A stretch of 64,000 nucleotides of DNA from positions 1,270,174 to 1,334,173 of the forward strand of contig CBDIBB010000003.1 of the NCBI GenBank assembly GCA_965276625.1, written 5' to 3'. The notes under the pieces are model-generated. The model ran no database searches. It was not told where the DNA came from and was given only the letters and a program-made list of their open reading frames with translations. Positions 51,209 through 60,797 of this stretch are shown piece by piece; position 1 is the stretch's first letter, and every line of letters starts with the position of its first letter. The position numbers and the translations under genes were made by a program. Origin of the DNA: Acidobacteriaceae bacterium. GTDB taxonomy: Bacteria; Acidobacteriota; Terriglobia; Terriglobales; Acidobacteriaceae.

Positions 51209-52732
51209 ATGGCAACTCCAGAATTTGTCAGGCGCGGCGAGCACGGAAGCAGAGATGCGCGAATCCTCAGTAGCGCGGTGCGTCCGGTGAAGCAGGGCCG
51301 TCGCCACACCAGCCCATCGTTCGCCGCCGCCGCCCTCATGATGTTCAACGACATGCTGGTGACGCTCGGCGCCTTCTGCTTTGCCGTGCTGGTGCATTTC
51401 CTAGTGTTGCGGAATCTGCCTCATTTCAAGGGGCTGTCGATCGGCGGGGCGTTCGAGCCGTCAGACCTGTGGTACCTGCTTGCGTTTCTTCTTGTGCTGG
51501 TCTTCGTGCTGAAGCGATATGGGCTGTACAACGGCGTACCCGACCGCAGCGGCGCGCATGAGCAGCGTCTGATCGTGCAGGCTTGCCTCACCACAGGCGT
51601 CCTTCTCTGCGGCTGGCTGTACCTGATGCGCAACGCCGAGGTTTCAAGGATCCTCGTGGTGGTGCTGGTGGGTACGACCGCGGTAGCGCTCGGCATCCGC
51701 CGGGCAGTTTGGCGCACGGTACGCTTTGCCAACTATGCCAAGGGCGTCGAAACCCGGAACGTGGTCATCCTGGGTACAAATCAGCTCAGTGCCGCTATCG
51801 GCCAGCAGATCGAGGACGATTATCACCTTGGCTACCGACTGTGCGGGTTTCTCCACGCGCCAGGCAATGCTGACAAGGTTGAGGTGGACCCGGAGCGCAT
51901 CGTCGGCAGCATGGACCGCCTCCGTGAAATGACCCGTCTGCACTTCATCGACGAACTGGTGATCGCGCAGCCATGCCCCATGGAGACGGTCATCCACCTG
52001 CTCGAAGAAGCGCACGACGTCGAGATCGACATCCGCGCCATGTCCGGGTTTTATGGTGAGCTGGCGCACAACGCGCCGGTCGAATACCTGGGCACCTATC
52101 CGATGGTTGCACTGCATCGCCGCGACCCCAGGATCATCGCCTTCTTCCTGAAGCGCGTGGTCGACATCCTGCTTTCAGTCGCGGCGCTCGTGGTGCTGTT
52201 TCCTATCATGCTGGTCATCGCGATTGCGGTGCTGGTCGACTCGCGTGGGCCGGTGTTTTACGTGTCGGAACGGATCGGCAAGCGCGGGCGCGTGTTCCCA
52301 TGCTTCAAGTTCAGAACGATGGTGCGAGATGCCGAGGCCAGGAAGCGCGAGCTGGCGAAGCATAATGAACGGGACGGCATTCTCTTCAAGATGACCAAGG
52401 ATCCGCGTGTCACGAATGTGGGGCGCGTGTTGAGGAAGTACTCGCTCGACGAGCTGCCGCAGTTCTTCAATGTGCTGCGCGGCGAAATGAGCATCGTAGG
52501 CCCGCGGCCCCCGATCGCAAGCGAAGTGGCAAAGTATGCGCTCGAGCATTTCAGGAGGCTGGAAGTGCTGCCGGGCCTGACCGGCCTGTGGCAGGTTCAA
52601 GCTCGGCATGACTCCTCGTTCGCCCGCTACATTGCCCTGGACACGGCGTATGTCGAGAACTGGAGCTTCTGGCTGGACCTGAAGATCCTGCTGCGGACCG
52701 CCCAGGTAGTGATCAAGGGAACCGGCACCTAG
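51209..52732 (+). CDS. Polyprenyl glycosylphosphotransferase (WbaP/EpsB-type exopolysaccharide initiating sugar transferase)
   Basis: N-terminal TM bundle and a central Rossmann-like region. The C-terminal bacterial sugar-transferase domain is GPVFYVSERIGKRGRVFPCFKFRTM...LDELPQFFNVLRGEMSIVGPRP. An upstream TTG at 51176 is also possible. Confidence 0.9.
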   Translation: MATPEFVRRGEHGSRDARILSSAVRPVKQGRRHTSPSFAAAALMMFNDMLVTLGAFCFAVLVHFLVLRNLPHFKGLSIGGAFEPSDLWYLLAFLLVLVFVLKRYGLYNGVPDRSGAHEQRLIVQACLTTGVLLCGWLYLMRNAEVSRILVVVLVGTTAVALGIRRAVWRTVRFANYAKGVETRNVVILGTNQLSAAIGQQIEDDYHLGYRLCGFLHAPGNADKVEVDPERIVGSMDRLREMTRLHFIDELVIAQPCPMETVIHLLEEAHDVEIDIRAMSGFYGELAHNAPVEYLGTYPMVALHRRDPRIIAFFLKRVVDILLSVAALVVLFPIMLVIAIAVLVDSRGPVFYVSERIGKRGRVFPCFKFRTMVRDAEARKRELAKHNERDGILFKMTKDPRVTNVGRVLRKYSLDELPQFFNVLRGEMSIVGPRPPIASEVAKYALEHFRRLEVLPGLTGLWQVQARHDSSFARYIALDTAYVENWSFWLDLKILLRTAQVVIKGTGT

Positions 52733-52853
52733 GCATTCCCGGCCTCAAACTGGTCTGGTCCAGAGCCGGATTGTATGCAATGATCGGTGCAACCGCCCGG
52801 TCTGGTGCGATGATAGCTGCCCGCCCCGGCGAACCCTCCTCCTGAGGAAACAC

Positions 52854-54437
52854 TTGATCAAGTCTCTTCGTGTCCGTGCCGCGCTTCTGCTGGCCGCTGC
52901 CAGTTTCGTGTCTATCTCGCTGCTCCACGCCCAGCAGTCTCCCCCGGCTGAGCCAGCGACCCACACGGACGAACAGGGGCACCCGCCGCCGCAGAAGCCG
53001 GAAGAGGCAGACCCGGTCGAGCGCTCGTCGGTGACCTCGCACACCATCACGCTGGACGGCAGGCAGATTCACTACACCGCCACGGCTGGAACACTGCTGA
53101 TCCGCAACGATGAGGACAAGCCGTACGGATCGATCTTCTACACGGCCTACACGCAGGACGGCGCCGAGGCAAAATCGCGTCCGGTGACGTTTCTTTACAA
53201 CGGCGGCCCCGGATCGGCGACGCTGTGGCTGCACATGGGTTCGGTCGGGCCGGTGCGGGTCATCAGCGACTCACCGAACGCCACAGGCTCGGGGCCGTAC
53301 CAGGTGGTTCCGAATCAGTATTCACTGCTGGACCAGTCGGATCTGGTGTTCATCGACGCGCCGCTGACCGGCTACTCGCGCGCCGTGGGCAAGGGAACGG
53401 TCAAGGATTTCGCGGGGGTAGACCCGGACCTGCGCGCCTTTTCAAAGTTCATCGAGCGCTACCTGACTGTCAATCAACGTTGGAACTCGCCCAAGTTTCT
53501 CTTCGGCGAATCGTATGGGACCACCCGTTCGGCCGGACTTTCAGCCGTGCTGCAGCAGGACGGCGTGGCGCTCAACGGCATCACGCTGCTCTCGTCGGTG
53601 CTGAACTACAACGCTTCGATCGGCGCCGGGCTCGAGGTCTCCTACGTCAATTACCTGCCGTCCTACGCCGCTATCGCGTGTTACCACAAGAAGCTGCCCC
53701 AAATGCCCCCGGACATGAAGGCGTTTGTCGAGGAAGCCCGGGTGTTTGCACGGGGTGATTACGCCGAGGCGCTGGCAGAGGGGGACAAGCTGCCGCCGGC
53801 GCGCTTTGACGAGATCGCGGAGAAGCTCAACCACTTCACCGGACTGCCGGTCGCGTACATCAAGGAAACAAAGCTGCGGATCAACCCGACACGCTTCCGG
53901 CGCGAGCTTCTGCGGGGCGAGGGTGACGTGATGGGTCGCTACGACGCGAGGTTCGAAGGAACGGAACCCGACGACGCCGGCGAGAATCCGACCTACGACC
54001 CCTCGGATACGGGGATCTCCGGCGCCTATGTTTCGGCGATTCACGATTACCTGAGCCGGGAACTCAAGTTCCAGTCAACGGACGAATACAAACTGAGCGC
54101 CGACACGATTGGCGAGTGGGACTGGCACCATAAGCCGGCGGGCGGCGGCTACGGGGCGGCCCGGGCAGAGCAGCTGCCCTACGTCGCCGGCGACCTGGCC
54201 GACACCATCCGCAAAAACCCGAAGCTGCAGGTGCTCTCCGCCAACGGCTGGTTCGACCTCGCGACACCGTTCTTTGCCACCGAGTACGAGCTGAACCACA
54301 TGATGCTGACGCCCGCGCTTCAGAAGAATGTCCATTTCACGTACTATCCGGCTGGGCACATGGTCTACCTCAATGTGGACGCGCTGCGGCAGCTGCGGGA
54401 GGACCTTCGATCCTTCTACGCGCAAGCGGAGAAGTAG
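52854..54437 (+). CDS. Secreted serine carboxypeptidase (S10-like)
   Basis: Signal peptide MIKSLRVRAALLLAAASFVSISLLHA. Nucleophile motif FGESYGT and C-terminal His motif YPAGHMVY. TTG start with GAGGAAA upstream. Confidence 0.78.
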   Translation: MIKSLRVRAALLLAAASFVSISLLHAQQSPPAEPATHTDEQGHPPPQKPEEADPVERSSVTSHTITLDGRQIHYTATAGTLLIRNDEDKPYGSIFYTAYTQDGAEAKSRPVTFLYNGGPGSATLWLHMGSVGPVRVISDSPNATGSGPYQVVPNQYSLLDQSDLVFIDAPLTGYSRAVGKGTVKDFAGVDPDLRAFSKFIERYLTVNQRWNSPKFLFGESYGTTRSAGLSAVLQQDGVALNGITLLSSVLNYNASIGAGLEVSYVNYLPSYAAIACYHKKLPQMPPDMKAFVEEARVFARGDYAEALAEGDKLPPARFDEIAEKLNHFTGLPVAYIKETKLRINPTRFRRELLRGEGDVMGRYDARFEGTEPDDAGENPTYDPSDTGISGAYVSAIHDYLSRELKFQSTDEYKLSADTIGEWDWHHKPAGGGYGAARAEQLPYVAGDLADTIRKNPKLQVLSANGWFDLATPFFATEYELNHMMLTPALQKNVHFTYYPAGHMVYLNVDALRQLREDLRSFYAQAEK

Positions 54438-54555
54438 TCGAAATCGCGCTCTATTGAAATTGGAAGAAAAGCTGCGTAAAATAGTAGAAATCAGCGCGTT
54501 TAGCATGAAAATGTAAGGCTATGGCAGGCGCGCAGGCAAGGGGTGTAAACCAAGG

Positions 54556-54783
54556 ATGGCAAAGCGTCGCGGCAATCCAAACTGGGGCAAGCCGGAACCG
54601 ATCGGACCGGTCGTGCCCACGGTGACCTCATTCGAACAGGTGGTCAAAGAGTTCAAGCTGACTCCCGACCAGTACGAGCGCTCCACGCGGCTTCGCGAGT
54701 GGGCCCGCCGGAATCGCAACTCCAAGTACATTCCAGAGGCTCTGCTGGAAGCCTGGGGCTTCGAAATCGAGTCGACCCTGTAA
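54556..54783 (+). CDS. Small basic hypothetical protein (75 aa)
   Basis: MAKRRGNPNWGKPEPIGPVV...RLREWARRNRNSKYIPEALLEAWGF has non-shadow amino-acid composition. A clean intrinsic terminator follows directly. The SD is weak. Confidence 0.5.
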   Translation: MAKRRGNPNWGKPEPIGPVVPTVTSFEQVVKEFKLTPDQYERSTRLREWARRNRNSKYIPEALLEAWGFEIESTL

Positions 54784-54804
54784 ATCAGGAAATGTGGATC
54801 ATAC

Positions 54805-54832
54805 AAAAAGGCTGCCGGAAGGCGGCCTTTTT
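54805..54832 (+). terminator. Rho-independent terminator
   Basis: aaaaAGGCTGCC ggaa GGCGGCCTtttt. The stem is 8 bp (one G-U) with a T5 tail and an upstream A-tract. Confidence 0.8.
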
Positions 54833-54863
54833 CAATTGGCAGGGCAAGAGGGAAGTGAGCGGT

Positions 54864-56048
54864 ATGGGTAGTCCATTCACGACTGTGGAAGACGCGCTTG
54901 AGGAGTTTCGCGCGGGGCATATGGTGGTCGTCGTCGATGATGAGGACCGCGAGAATGAAGGCGATCTGACCCTGGCTGCCGAGTTCGTGACGCCGGAGGC
55001 GATCAATTTCATGGCGAAATGGGGGCGCGGACTGATCTGCCTCACCCTGACGGAAGATCGGGCGGACTACCTGCGCCTGGGGCCTATGACGGCCGCGAAC
55101 TCCTCCCGTTTCGGCACTGCTTTCACCGAGAGTATTGAAGCCCGAGAAGGCGTGACCACAGGCATCTCGGCTGCCGACCGGGCACACACGATCCAGGTAG
55201 CGATCGACTCTGCTTCGACCGCGGCGGACCTGGCCCGTCCGGGACACATCTTTCCCCTGCGCGCTCGCAAGGGCGGCGTGCTGGTGCGCGCCGGGCAGAC
55301 TGAAGCTTCCGTCGACCTGGCCCGCATGGCAGGGTTGAAGGCTGCCGGCGTCATCTGCGAGATCATGAACGACGATGGCTCGATGGCGCGGGTTCCTGAC
55401 CTGGTCGCTTTCTGCCGGACGCACGGACTCAAGATGCTGACAGTCGCGGAGCTGATCCGCTACAGGTTACAGCATGAACGCTATATTGTTCGCGTAGCCG
55501 AGGCGACGCTCCCGACAGCCTACGGCGAGTTCCAGATGATCGCCTATGAGAGTGAAGTGAACGGGGGCGAGAGCCACCTTGCGCTGGTGCGCGGAAGCGT
55601 GGCGCAGCCGGAAGGGGATGAGCCCGCGGTGCTAGTTCGTGTGCATTCGCACTGTCTGGCAGGCGAGGTCTTCGGATCGAGCCTGTGCGACTGCGGCGGC
55701 AGCGTGGATCGCTCGCTGCGCGCCATCGCAGAGGCAGGCTGCGGCGCGCTGATCTACCTGCACAATGGCGGACGCGGATTCGACATCGACGCGGGCCCGG
55801 TCGCCCCCGGCATCCCGGGGCGTATCCTGCTGCACCGCGATCTGCGGGGTACGGAGCCGCAGGTCGCGGTGCAGGGGCGGATTCTGCGGGAGGTTGGGAT
55901 GGGAGGGCAGATCCTGTCAGACCTGCAAATCCGTCGAATCCGCCTGCTCTCAAACACGCGCACGCACGTTCCCGCGCTGCAGGGGTTCGGTGTCGAAATT
56001 GTCGAGCAGGTGCCGATTCCCGAGTTCCAGAAAACGACACACCTGTAG
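54864..56048 (+). CDS. ribBA: Bifunctional 3,4-dihydroxy-2-butanone-4-phosphate synthase / GTP cyclohydrolase II
   Basis: [15 protein letters not shown] (RibB domain) and [21 protein letters not shown] (RibA zinc site). ATG 54864 with GAGGGAAG 8 nt upstream. Confidence 0.94.
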   Translation: MGSPFTTVEDALEEFRAGHMVVVVDDEDRENEGDLTLAAEFVTPEAINFMAKWGRGLICLTLTEDRADYLRLGPMTAANSSRFGTAFTESIEAREGVTTGISAADRAHTIQVAIDSASTAADLARPGHIFPLRARKGGVLVRAGQTEASVDLARMAGLKAAGVICEIMNDDGSMARVPDLVAFCRTHGLKMLTVAELIRYRLQHERYIVRVAEATLPTAYGEFQMIAYESEVNGGESHLALVRGSVAQPEGDEPAVLVRVHSHCLAGEVFGSSLCDCGGSVDRSLRAIAEAGCGALIYLHNGGRGFDIDAGPVAPGIPGRILLHRDLRGTEPQVAVQGRILREVGMGGQILSDLQIRRIRLLSNTRTHVPALQGFGVEIVEQVPIPEFQKTTHL

Positions 56049-56066
56049 GCGCGCGACGGCGCCCAC

Positions 56067-57146
56067 TCATGGCGCCGTGTAGTAGCCCGTGCTGGTGCGG
56101 GCCGCGAGCCCGGGCTTTGCCACCTGCACACTGAGTGCGTGATAGCGAACAGCGCCCTCGGCGTCCGCCGCCGGGATAGTCAGCACATAGTAGCTCCGCG
56201 CGTCCGCGGCGCACTGGGCGATCTCGTTCTCGACGGCGTTCGACGAGTTGAGAACCAGTCCGCCGCTCTGGTAGGCCAGCACCTGCAAGCCGAGGTTCGA
56301 CAAGGTTGTGTCAGACGCTTTACGGACACCCTTCAGGTAGCCCCGATAGTAGGTCGTCTGGAAGCCGAGGGCGTCGCTCGTGCCTCGCGGATCGACGCTG
56401 TAGAGGGTAATGCCCGAGGTGCGCAGCGAATTGGAGAGGTCGACGACCGTGGCGAAGTTGTTCTGCTGGTCCCTGGCGCTGTAGTTGGCGCCGGGTGAGG
56501 CCAAGTAGGGCCAGCCTGGGCCGAGCCAGACCACCAGCTTGCGTCCGGGGCGCGTCGACTCGTACTTGGTGAGCGAGGTCAACGCCCGCAGGGAAAGCGT
56601 CAGGCGCTCGACGGCCCCATAGAAGGCGGCCGACCGGCGAATGGTCCGCAGACCCTGCGACGCCTTATCGAACTCGTTCGCGATGAGATTGCCGTCGAGC
56701 GAAGGTTCTCCGCTGAACCGTGCGCCCTTGTCATCCAGGATGAGGATCGTCGCAGGCAAGGCAAGTTTGCCGTTGTTGCGGCGCAGAAAATGGCTGAGCT
56801 CGCTGCGTGCTCTCGACACATCGATAAAATCCGTGTTGACTTCGTCGACCACGAAGAGGACCTGCTCGGCAGAAGCACCGCCGGATGGCGCCGGCAGCGC
56901 CTTGAAGTCGAGGATCGAGGTGGGCGTGCGGTTATCCTCCACCCTGAAATCCTGCCGGGTCAGGCCGGAGACAGGCTGACCCGCTCCATCCGTCGCCACA
57001 ACTCTAAGCGTGATCGTTGCCGACGGCGGCGCTACGGCTTTGCCCGAGACTTGTGCCGGCAGCGAGCCTGCGGGGAGCGTGAGAACAAGCAGGACGAGAA
57101 AGCGGATCGACCTGGCTTTCATGGTGAGCGTGGACCTGGACAGCAT
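56067..57146 (-). CDS. Secreted VWA-domain protein (acidobacterial VWFA-related type)
   Basis: Signal peptide MKARSIRFLVLLVLTLPAGSLPAQ inside the N-terminus. The VWA core is VLFVVDEVNTDF. The start is trimmed to ATG 57146 (GCGAGGTG upstream). Confidence 0.75.
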   Translation of the reverse strand: MLSRSTLTMKARSIRFLVLLVLTLPAGSLPAQVSGKAVAPPSATITLRVVATDGAGQPVSGLTRQDFRVEDNRTPTSILDFKALPAPSGGASAEQVLFVVDEVNTDFIDVSRARSELSHFLRRNNGKLALPATILILDDKGARFSGEPSLDGNLIANEFDKASQGLRTIRRSAAFYGAVERLTLSLRALTSLTKYESTRPGRKLVVWLGPGWPYLASPGANYSARDQQNNFATVVDLSNSLRTSGITLYSVDPRGTSDALGFQTTYYRGYLKGVRKASDTTLSNLGLQVLAYQSGGLVLNSSNAVENEIAQCAADARSYYVLTIPAADAEGAVRYHALSVQVAKPGLAARTSTGYYTAP

Positions 57147-57775
57147 GGCGACACCTCGCGCTTGAGCGTCAGTATGCAGAATGCCGGCAGCGAGTGTCGA
57201 CCGGTTACGACCATTTGCCGCCGTGCCCGGCACTGTTCGCCCCGTTGCTGAAGTCAACGCCGGGGCCGATGTACAGGCGCATGGCCCACTCCACAATCGA
57301 AGAAACCGCATCGCCTTATGTTTCGCTCCCGAAAATTATTTTTTGCCGGAACATCTTCACGAAGCAGCTCCTTGAGTTGTTGCCATCACAATTCGTCTAA
57401 ATGTTATGCCTCCGCTCTTCAGGACTTTAGTAACTCGCATATCAATCCAAAGGTAAGTATCAGGGCCTTGCAGACCCTATAGTAAAACTCCGTTCACAAG
57501 TTAGAGCAGCCTTAAAACAGCTCCTGGACTGCTCAACGTGCAATCTATACTTCTCCGCTTTCTTAGTCATGTACCCCCTTTGGGGTAGATAGACAGAAGT
57601 ATTCCCACTTTAGTGTTAGTCAAAAAAAGTAACATGCCTCATTTGGGTTATCTCGCAGGAATATTCGCTTTACCGCACGATGCTGTTGCAGTCGAGGCGC
57701 AGGTCGGCACCTTTTGCAAGGTTGCCCTTGCTCCCGGTTCATTCGCACTCCACTTTGAGAGGCAGGTTTTCGCGT

Positions 57776-60055
57776 ATGCATAGGATCATCAAAACGACCA
57801 CAACGCTTGTCGCTTTTTCCGGCGTATCGTTCGCCATTGCCGGCTTGCCGGCACTCGGCCAGTCCGCCGGCTCGACAGCGCTACCGGTTTTCAACGTAAG
57901 CAGCTACAGCGCATCCGCCAGCAATACCGCCGGCAGGTGTTCCGCCATTGCCGGCACGCAAACGCTTACCGGTTGTGTCAATACCTTTGACTTTACGGTC
58001 GGAGAAGGAATCCACATTGTCGGAGGCGGTCCGGTTTCGGTTGTGAAATCGGCGAAGGCCGCGCCAATCGTGACAAAGCAAGGCACGGCCACCGGGAACC
58101 ACAGCAACTGTTACGAAGTCGTCACAGCGGATCCGCTTGAAGGCGTCGGCGCGCCGAGCCCGCAGGCATGCGTTAGCAATCAGCCCGCGCTTACCTTTCC
58201 TGCTGCGTGGAACCAGCTCACACTCGCCGATACAAACGTTGGCCCATCGCCTGCGTTTCTTTGGTATGTGTCGCAGGACGGCGGCCCATTTCAGCTGGTT
58301 TCGGTTGCCGGATACGGAGCAGCCGCGATGGATGTGGGGCAGCGCCCCGGTACCCGCGGAGGCTGGCCGAACAATGTGCCTACGGGCAGCATGAACTTTT
58401 CCAAGAACGAAGATCTTTACACCACAGTCACAGCGGTGAAGGGCAACCAGATCACGACCGCGGCTGTACTGCCGACGTCTGTGACGAATGCACAGATCCT
58501 TCACGATGACACTGCAGCTTTCCAGGCAGCAATCAATGCGGCGTCGGCTGCAGGCGGGGGTACGATTCAGATTGGAGCCGGCACGTACCTCATTCAGCGC
58601 CCGGTCTTCGTGGTGACCGGAACCGGTGCAAACCCGGTGCCAACGTACGCTGTCTCAGGGGACGCCTGGTACAGCATCTACAGCTACCTGAACATTCCGA
58701 CCAATTCGACGGGGCACATTCACCTGCAGGGTACCGGTAACGGTTCGGTCATCAACGTGCCTCCCGACCATGGAAGCATGGCAACGCTGCTTGCAGCGGG
58801 TTTTCGCCAGCGTCCAAATGACTATACGGGCGTGATCAAGATGCAGAACGTGGACAAGGGTGCGACCAAGATTGTTCTGGCGGATGGCTCTCCCGCATTC
58901 AGCCCGGGAGACGATATCTGGCTGTACTCGGGTTCGTTCTCGGGCGCGCCCTGCCAGGATGTGAAGAACACGCCGAACGAGTGTCACTTTTCTGAACTGA
59001 ATACGGTAGCCTCGGTCGACGGAAACTCGATCGGCCTTGTTTATCCGACGTCCAAGCGTTATTTTGACGACGGAATCGATTCATTCGGCCTGGTCAAGAT
59101 GCCGACGGTTCCTCATGACCTCTCGATGAAGAACATGCTGATCAACACGACCAACCCCATCCTGACAACCGGCATGATATACGGTCTGACGATCGACTCG
59201 GTCTTCATCAACGGCTTCGTTGGGCATGGTCCATACGGCGGCGGGTTCAAAAGGGACGTAACGATTCAGAACTCCGGCTGGGGTTTCGGAACCGGTGATG
59301 TTTCCTACGGCGCCACGGATGAGTACGACCAGTTTACGAATGTAAGCTTCATTAACAATTTCATCGTTGGCTATGCAGCGCCGGGCGCAGAGATGTATTC
59401 ATCGATGGCGCGTATCTATGGCACCGAAGGTTCGTCCGGTTTCACTTTCAAAAATAACCAGCTTTACAACGCGTCGATCTTTCTCGACCAGACTACCGAT
59501 GACGTCATCAGTGGCAATCAAATGCAGGACAGTATTATCAAGATGGGAACGGCCTACGGCAATAACCCTTTCAGCAATGGGCCGAACCATGATCTCTCCT
59601 ACGATTCGTACGACTCGCAGGTAGCGGGTGATGTCGATAACAATACGATGAAAATAACGTCGACGTTCCTTGCGCCGTTCCTCCTGCAGCTGGGCCACTT
59701 TGATTCAGCGAGCGTGACCGGCAATACTTTCACCTATCTCGGAAACCAGACGATTACCGGCGTTGAAGCCTATTCGGGAAGCATCACGAATAACACCTTC
59801 AATATGCCGGGGGTGAGTATATCTATCCCACTGGCACTTATCCCGGACCAGACTGCCTTGAATCCTGCCGCGCCGTTCAACGTGTGGGGCAATACTTACA
59901 ATGTTTCAGGGTTCTCGGTTTCCAACTACATCACCGATCCGGGGTTTACGGATATTGCTCCTATCTGTATCCAGAACAATACCTACCACCAGGTGCTGGG
60001 CCTGCCTCAGCTTGCAGTCAACCCGGGAAGCATTACCGCTGCTTGCTCTAACTAA
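57776..60055 (+). CDS. Secreted right-handed beta-helix protein (pectate-lyase-superfamily / tailspike-like, putative polysaccharide depolymerase)
   Basis: Signal peptide MHRIIKTTTTLVAFSGVSFAIAGLPALGQ. The block DDTAAFQAAINAASAAGGGTIQIGAGTYLI is typical of the pectate_lyase_3 N-terminal cap. It is Asn/Gly/Thr-rich with periodic repeats. GC is about 50%, clearly below neighbours. Confidence 0.7.
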   Translation: MHRIIKTTTTLVAFSGVSFAIAGLPALGQSAGSTALPVFNVSSYSASASNTAGRCSAIAGTQTLTGCVNTFDFTVGEGIHIVGGGPVSVVKSAKAAPIVTKQGTATGNHSNCYEVVTADPLEGVGAPSPQACVSNQPALTFPAAWNQLTLADTNVGPSPAFLWYVSQDGGPFQLVSVAGYGAAAMDVGQRPGTRGGWPNNVPTGSMNFSKNEDLYTTVTAVKGNQITTAAVLPTSVTNAQILHDDTAAFQAAINAASAAGGGTIQIGAGTYLIQRPVFVVTGTGANPVPTYAVSGDAWYSIYSYLNIPTNSTGHIHLQGTGNGSVINVPPDHGSMATLLAAGFRQRPNDYTGVIKMQNVDKGATKIVLADGSPAFSPGDDIWLYSGSFSGAPCQDVKNTPNECHFSELNTVASVDGNSIGLVYPTSKRYFDDGIDSFGLVKMPTVPHDLSMKNMLINTTNPILTTGMIYGLTIDSVFINGFVGHGPYGGGFKRDVTIQNSGWGFGTGDVSYGATDEYDQFTNVSFINNFIVGYAAPGAEMYSSMARIYGTEGSSGFTFKNNQLYNASIFLDQTTDDVISGNQMQDSIIKMGTAYGNNPFSNGPNHDLSYDSYDSQVAGDVDNNTMKITSTFLAPFLLQLGHFDSASVTGNTFTYLGNQTITGVEAYSGSITNNTFNMPGVSISIPLALIPDQTALNPAAPFNVWGNTYNVSGFSVSNYITDPGFTDIAPICIQNNTYHQVLGLPQLAVNPGSITAACSN

Positions 60056-60127
60056 AGCGGCAGCGCTCCCGGCAGGTGGGCAGAACGGAGGAAAAGGGCT
60101 GCGAAGCCCTTTTTCCCTGTTCGTTTG

Positions 60128-60772
60128 TTAGCGAATGCTTTGCACCGGTGAGGGAAGCGCTGCGAGTAGTCCGCGCCGGTCGAGCGTCTGCTGAAGAGCC
60201 TCGACAGTAGTGAATTGGATGGCCTGCAGCCCGACGGACTCCGCAGCGCGAATGTTTTCAGGCTTGTCGTCGAGGAAAAGCGCGTTCTGCGGCTCGACGC
60301 CGAGCTTGGCGCAGGTGTATCGATAGATTTCCGGGTCCGGCTTCGCGATGCCCAGTTCGCAGGACCAGGTGTGGTGGTCGAACCGGCCCAGCCATCCGAA
60401 CTCCTGCCGCATGTAGCGCAGCAGCTCCTCGCCCATGTTGGACAGGATGGCGGTTCGCAGGCCCGAGGCCTGGATCGCGTCCACCCACCGCAGCATGGGC
60501 TCGTTCAGCGTGCTCCACATCAGCACATCGTTCTCAATCAGCCGTTCGATTTCGGCAGCGGTAAGGCTGAGATCGGCTTCTTCTGAGATCGTCCGCCAAA
60601 AGCTGATTCCGTTCAAGGTACCGAGATCGTAAGAGTGGCGATGCCGCCAGTAATGCGTATCGAAGGCCTGGTCGTCGAGCCCGGTAATCTGCTTCAGCGC
60701 GGCGAGCGGGGCCGCCTCCTGCGCCGTGCTCAGCACCATGCCGTAATCGAAAATCACTGCATCCAGTTTCAT
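60128..60772 (-). CDS. HAD-superfamily hydrolase
   Basis: Motif I DAVIFDYGMVL and motif IV FLDDKPENI. The start is trimmed to ATG 60772 (GAGGTGGGA upstream). Confidence 0.82.
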   Translation of the reverse strand: MKLDAVIFDYGMVLSTAQEAAPLAALKQITGLDDQAFDTHYWRHRHSYDLGTLNGISFWRTISEEADLSLTAAEIERLIENDVLMWSTLNEPMLRWVDAIQASGLRTAILSNMGEELLRYMRQEFGWLGRFDHHTWSCELGIAKPDPEIYRYTCAKLGVEPQNALFLDDKPENIRAAESVGLQAIQFTTVEALQQTLDRRGLLAALPSPVQSIR

Positions 60773-60797
60773 TCCCACCTCGGAACTCCCTTCCATT

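Noticed and set aside
60773-60797. Only 25 nt between the divergent HAD and aminotransferase start codons
   Set aside because: This most likely reflects an over-extended aminotransferase start, since downstream in-frame alternatives exist. It is probably not an unusual shared promoter.
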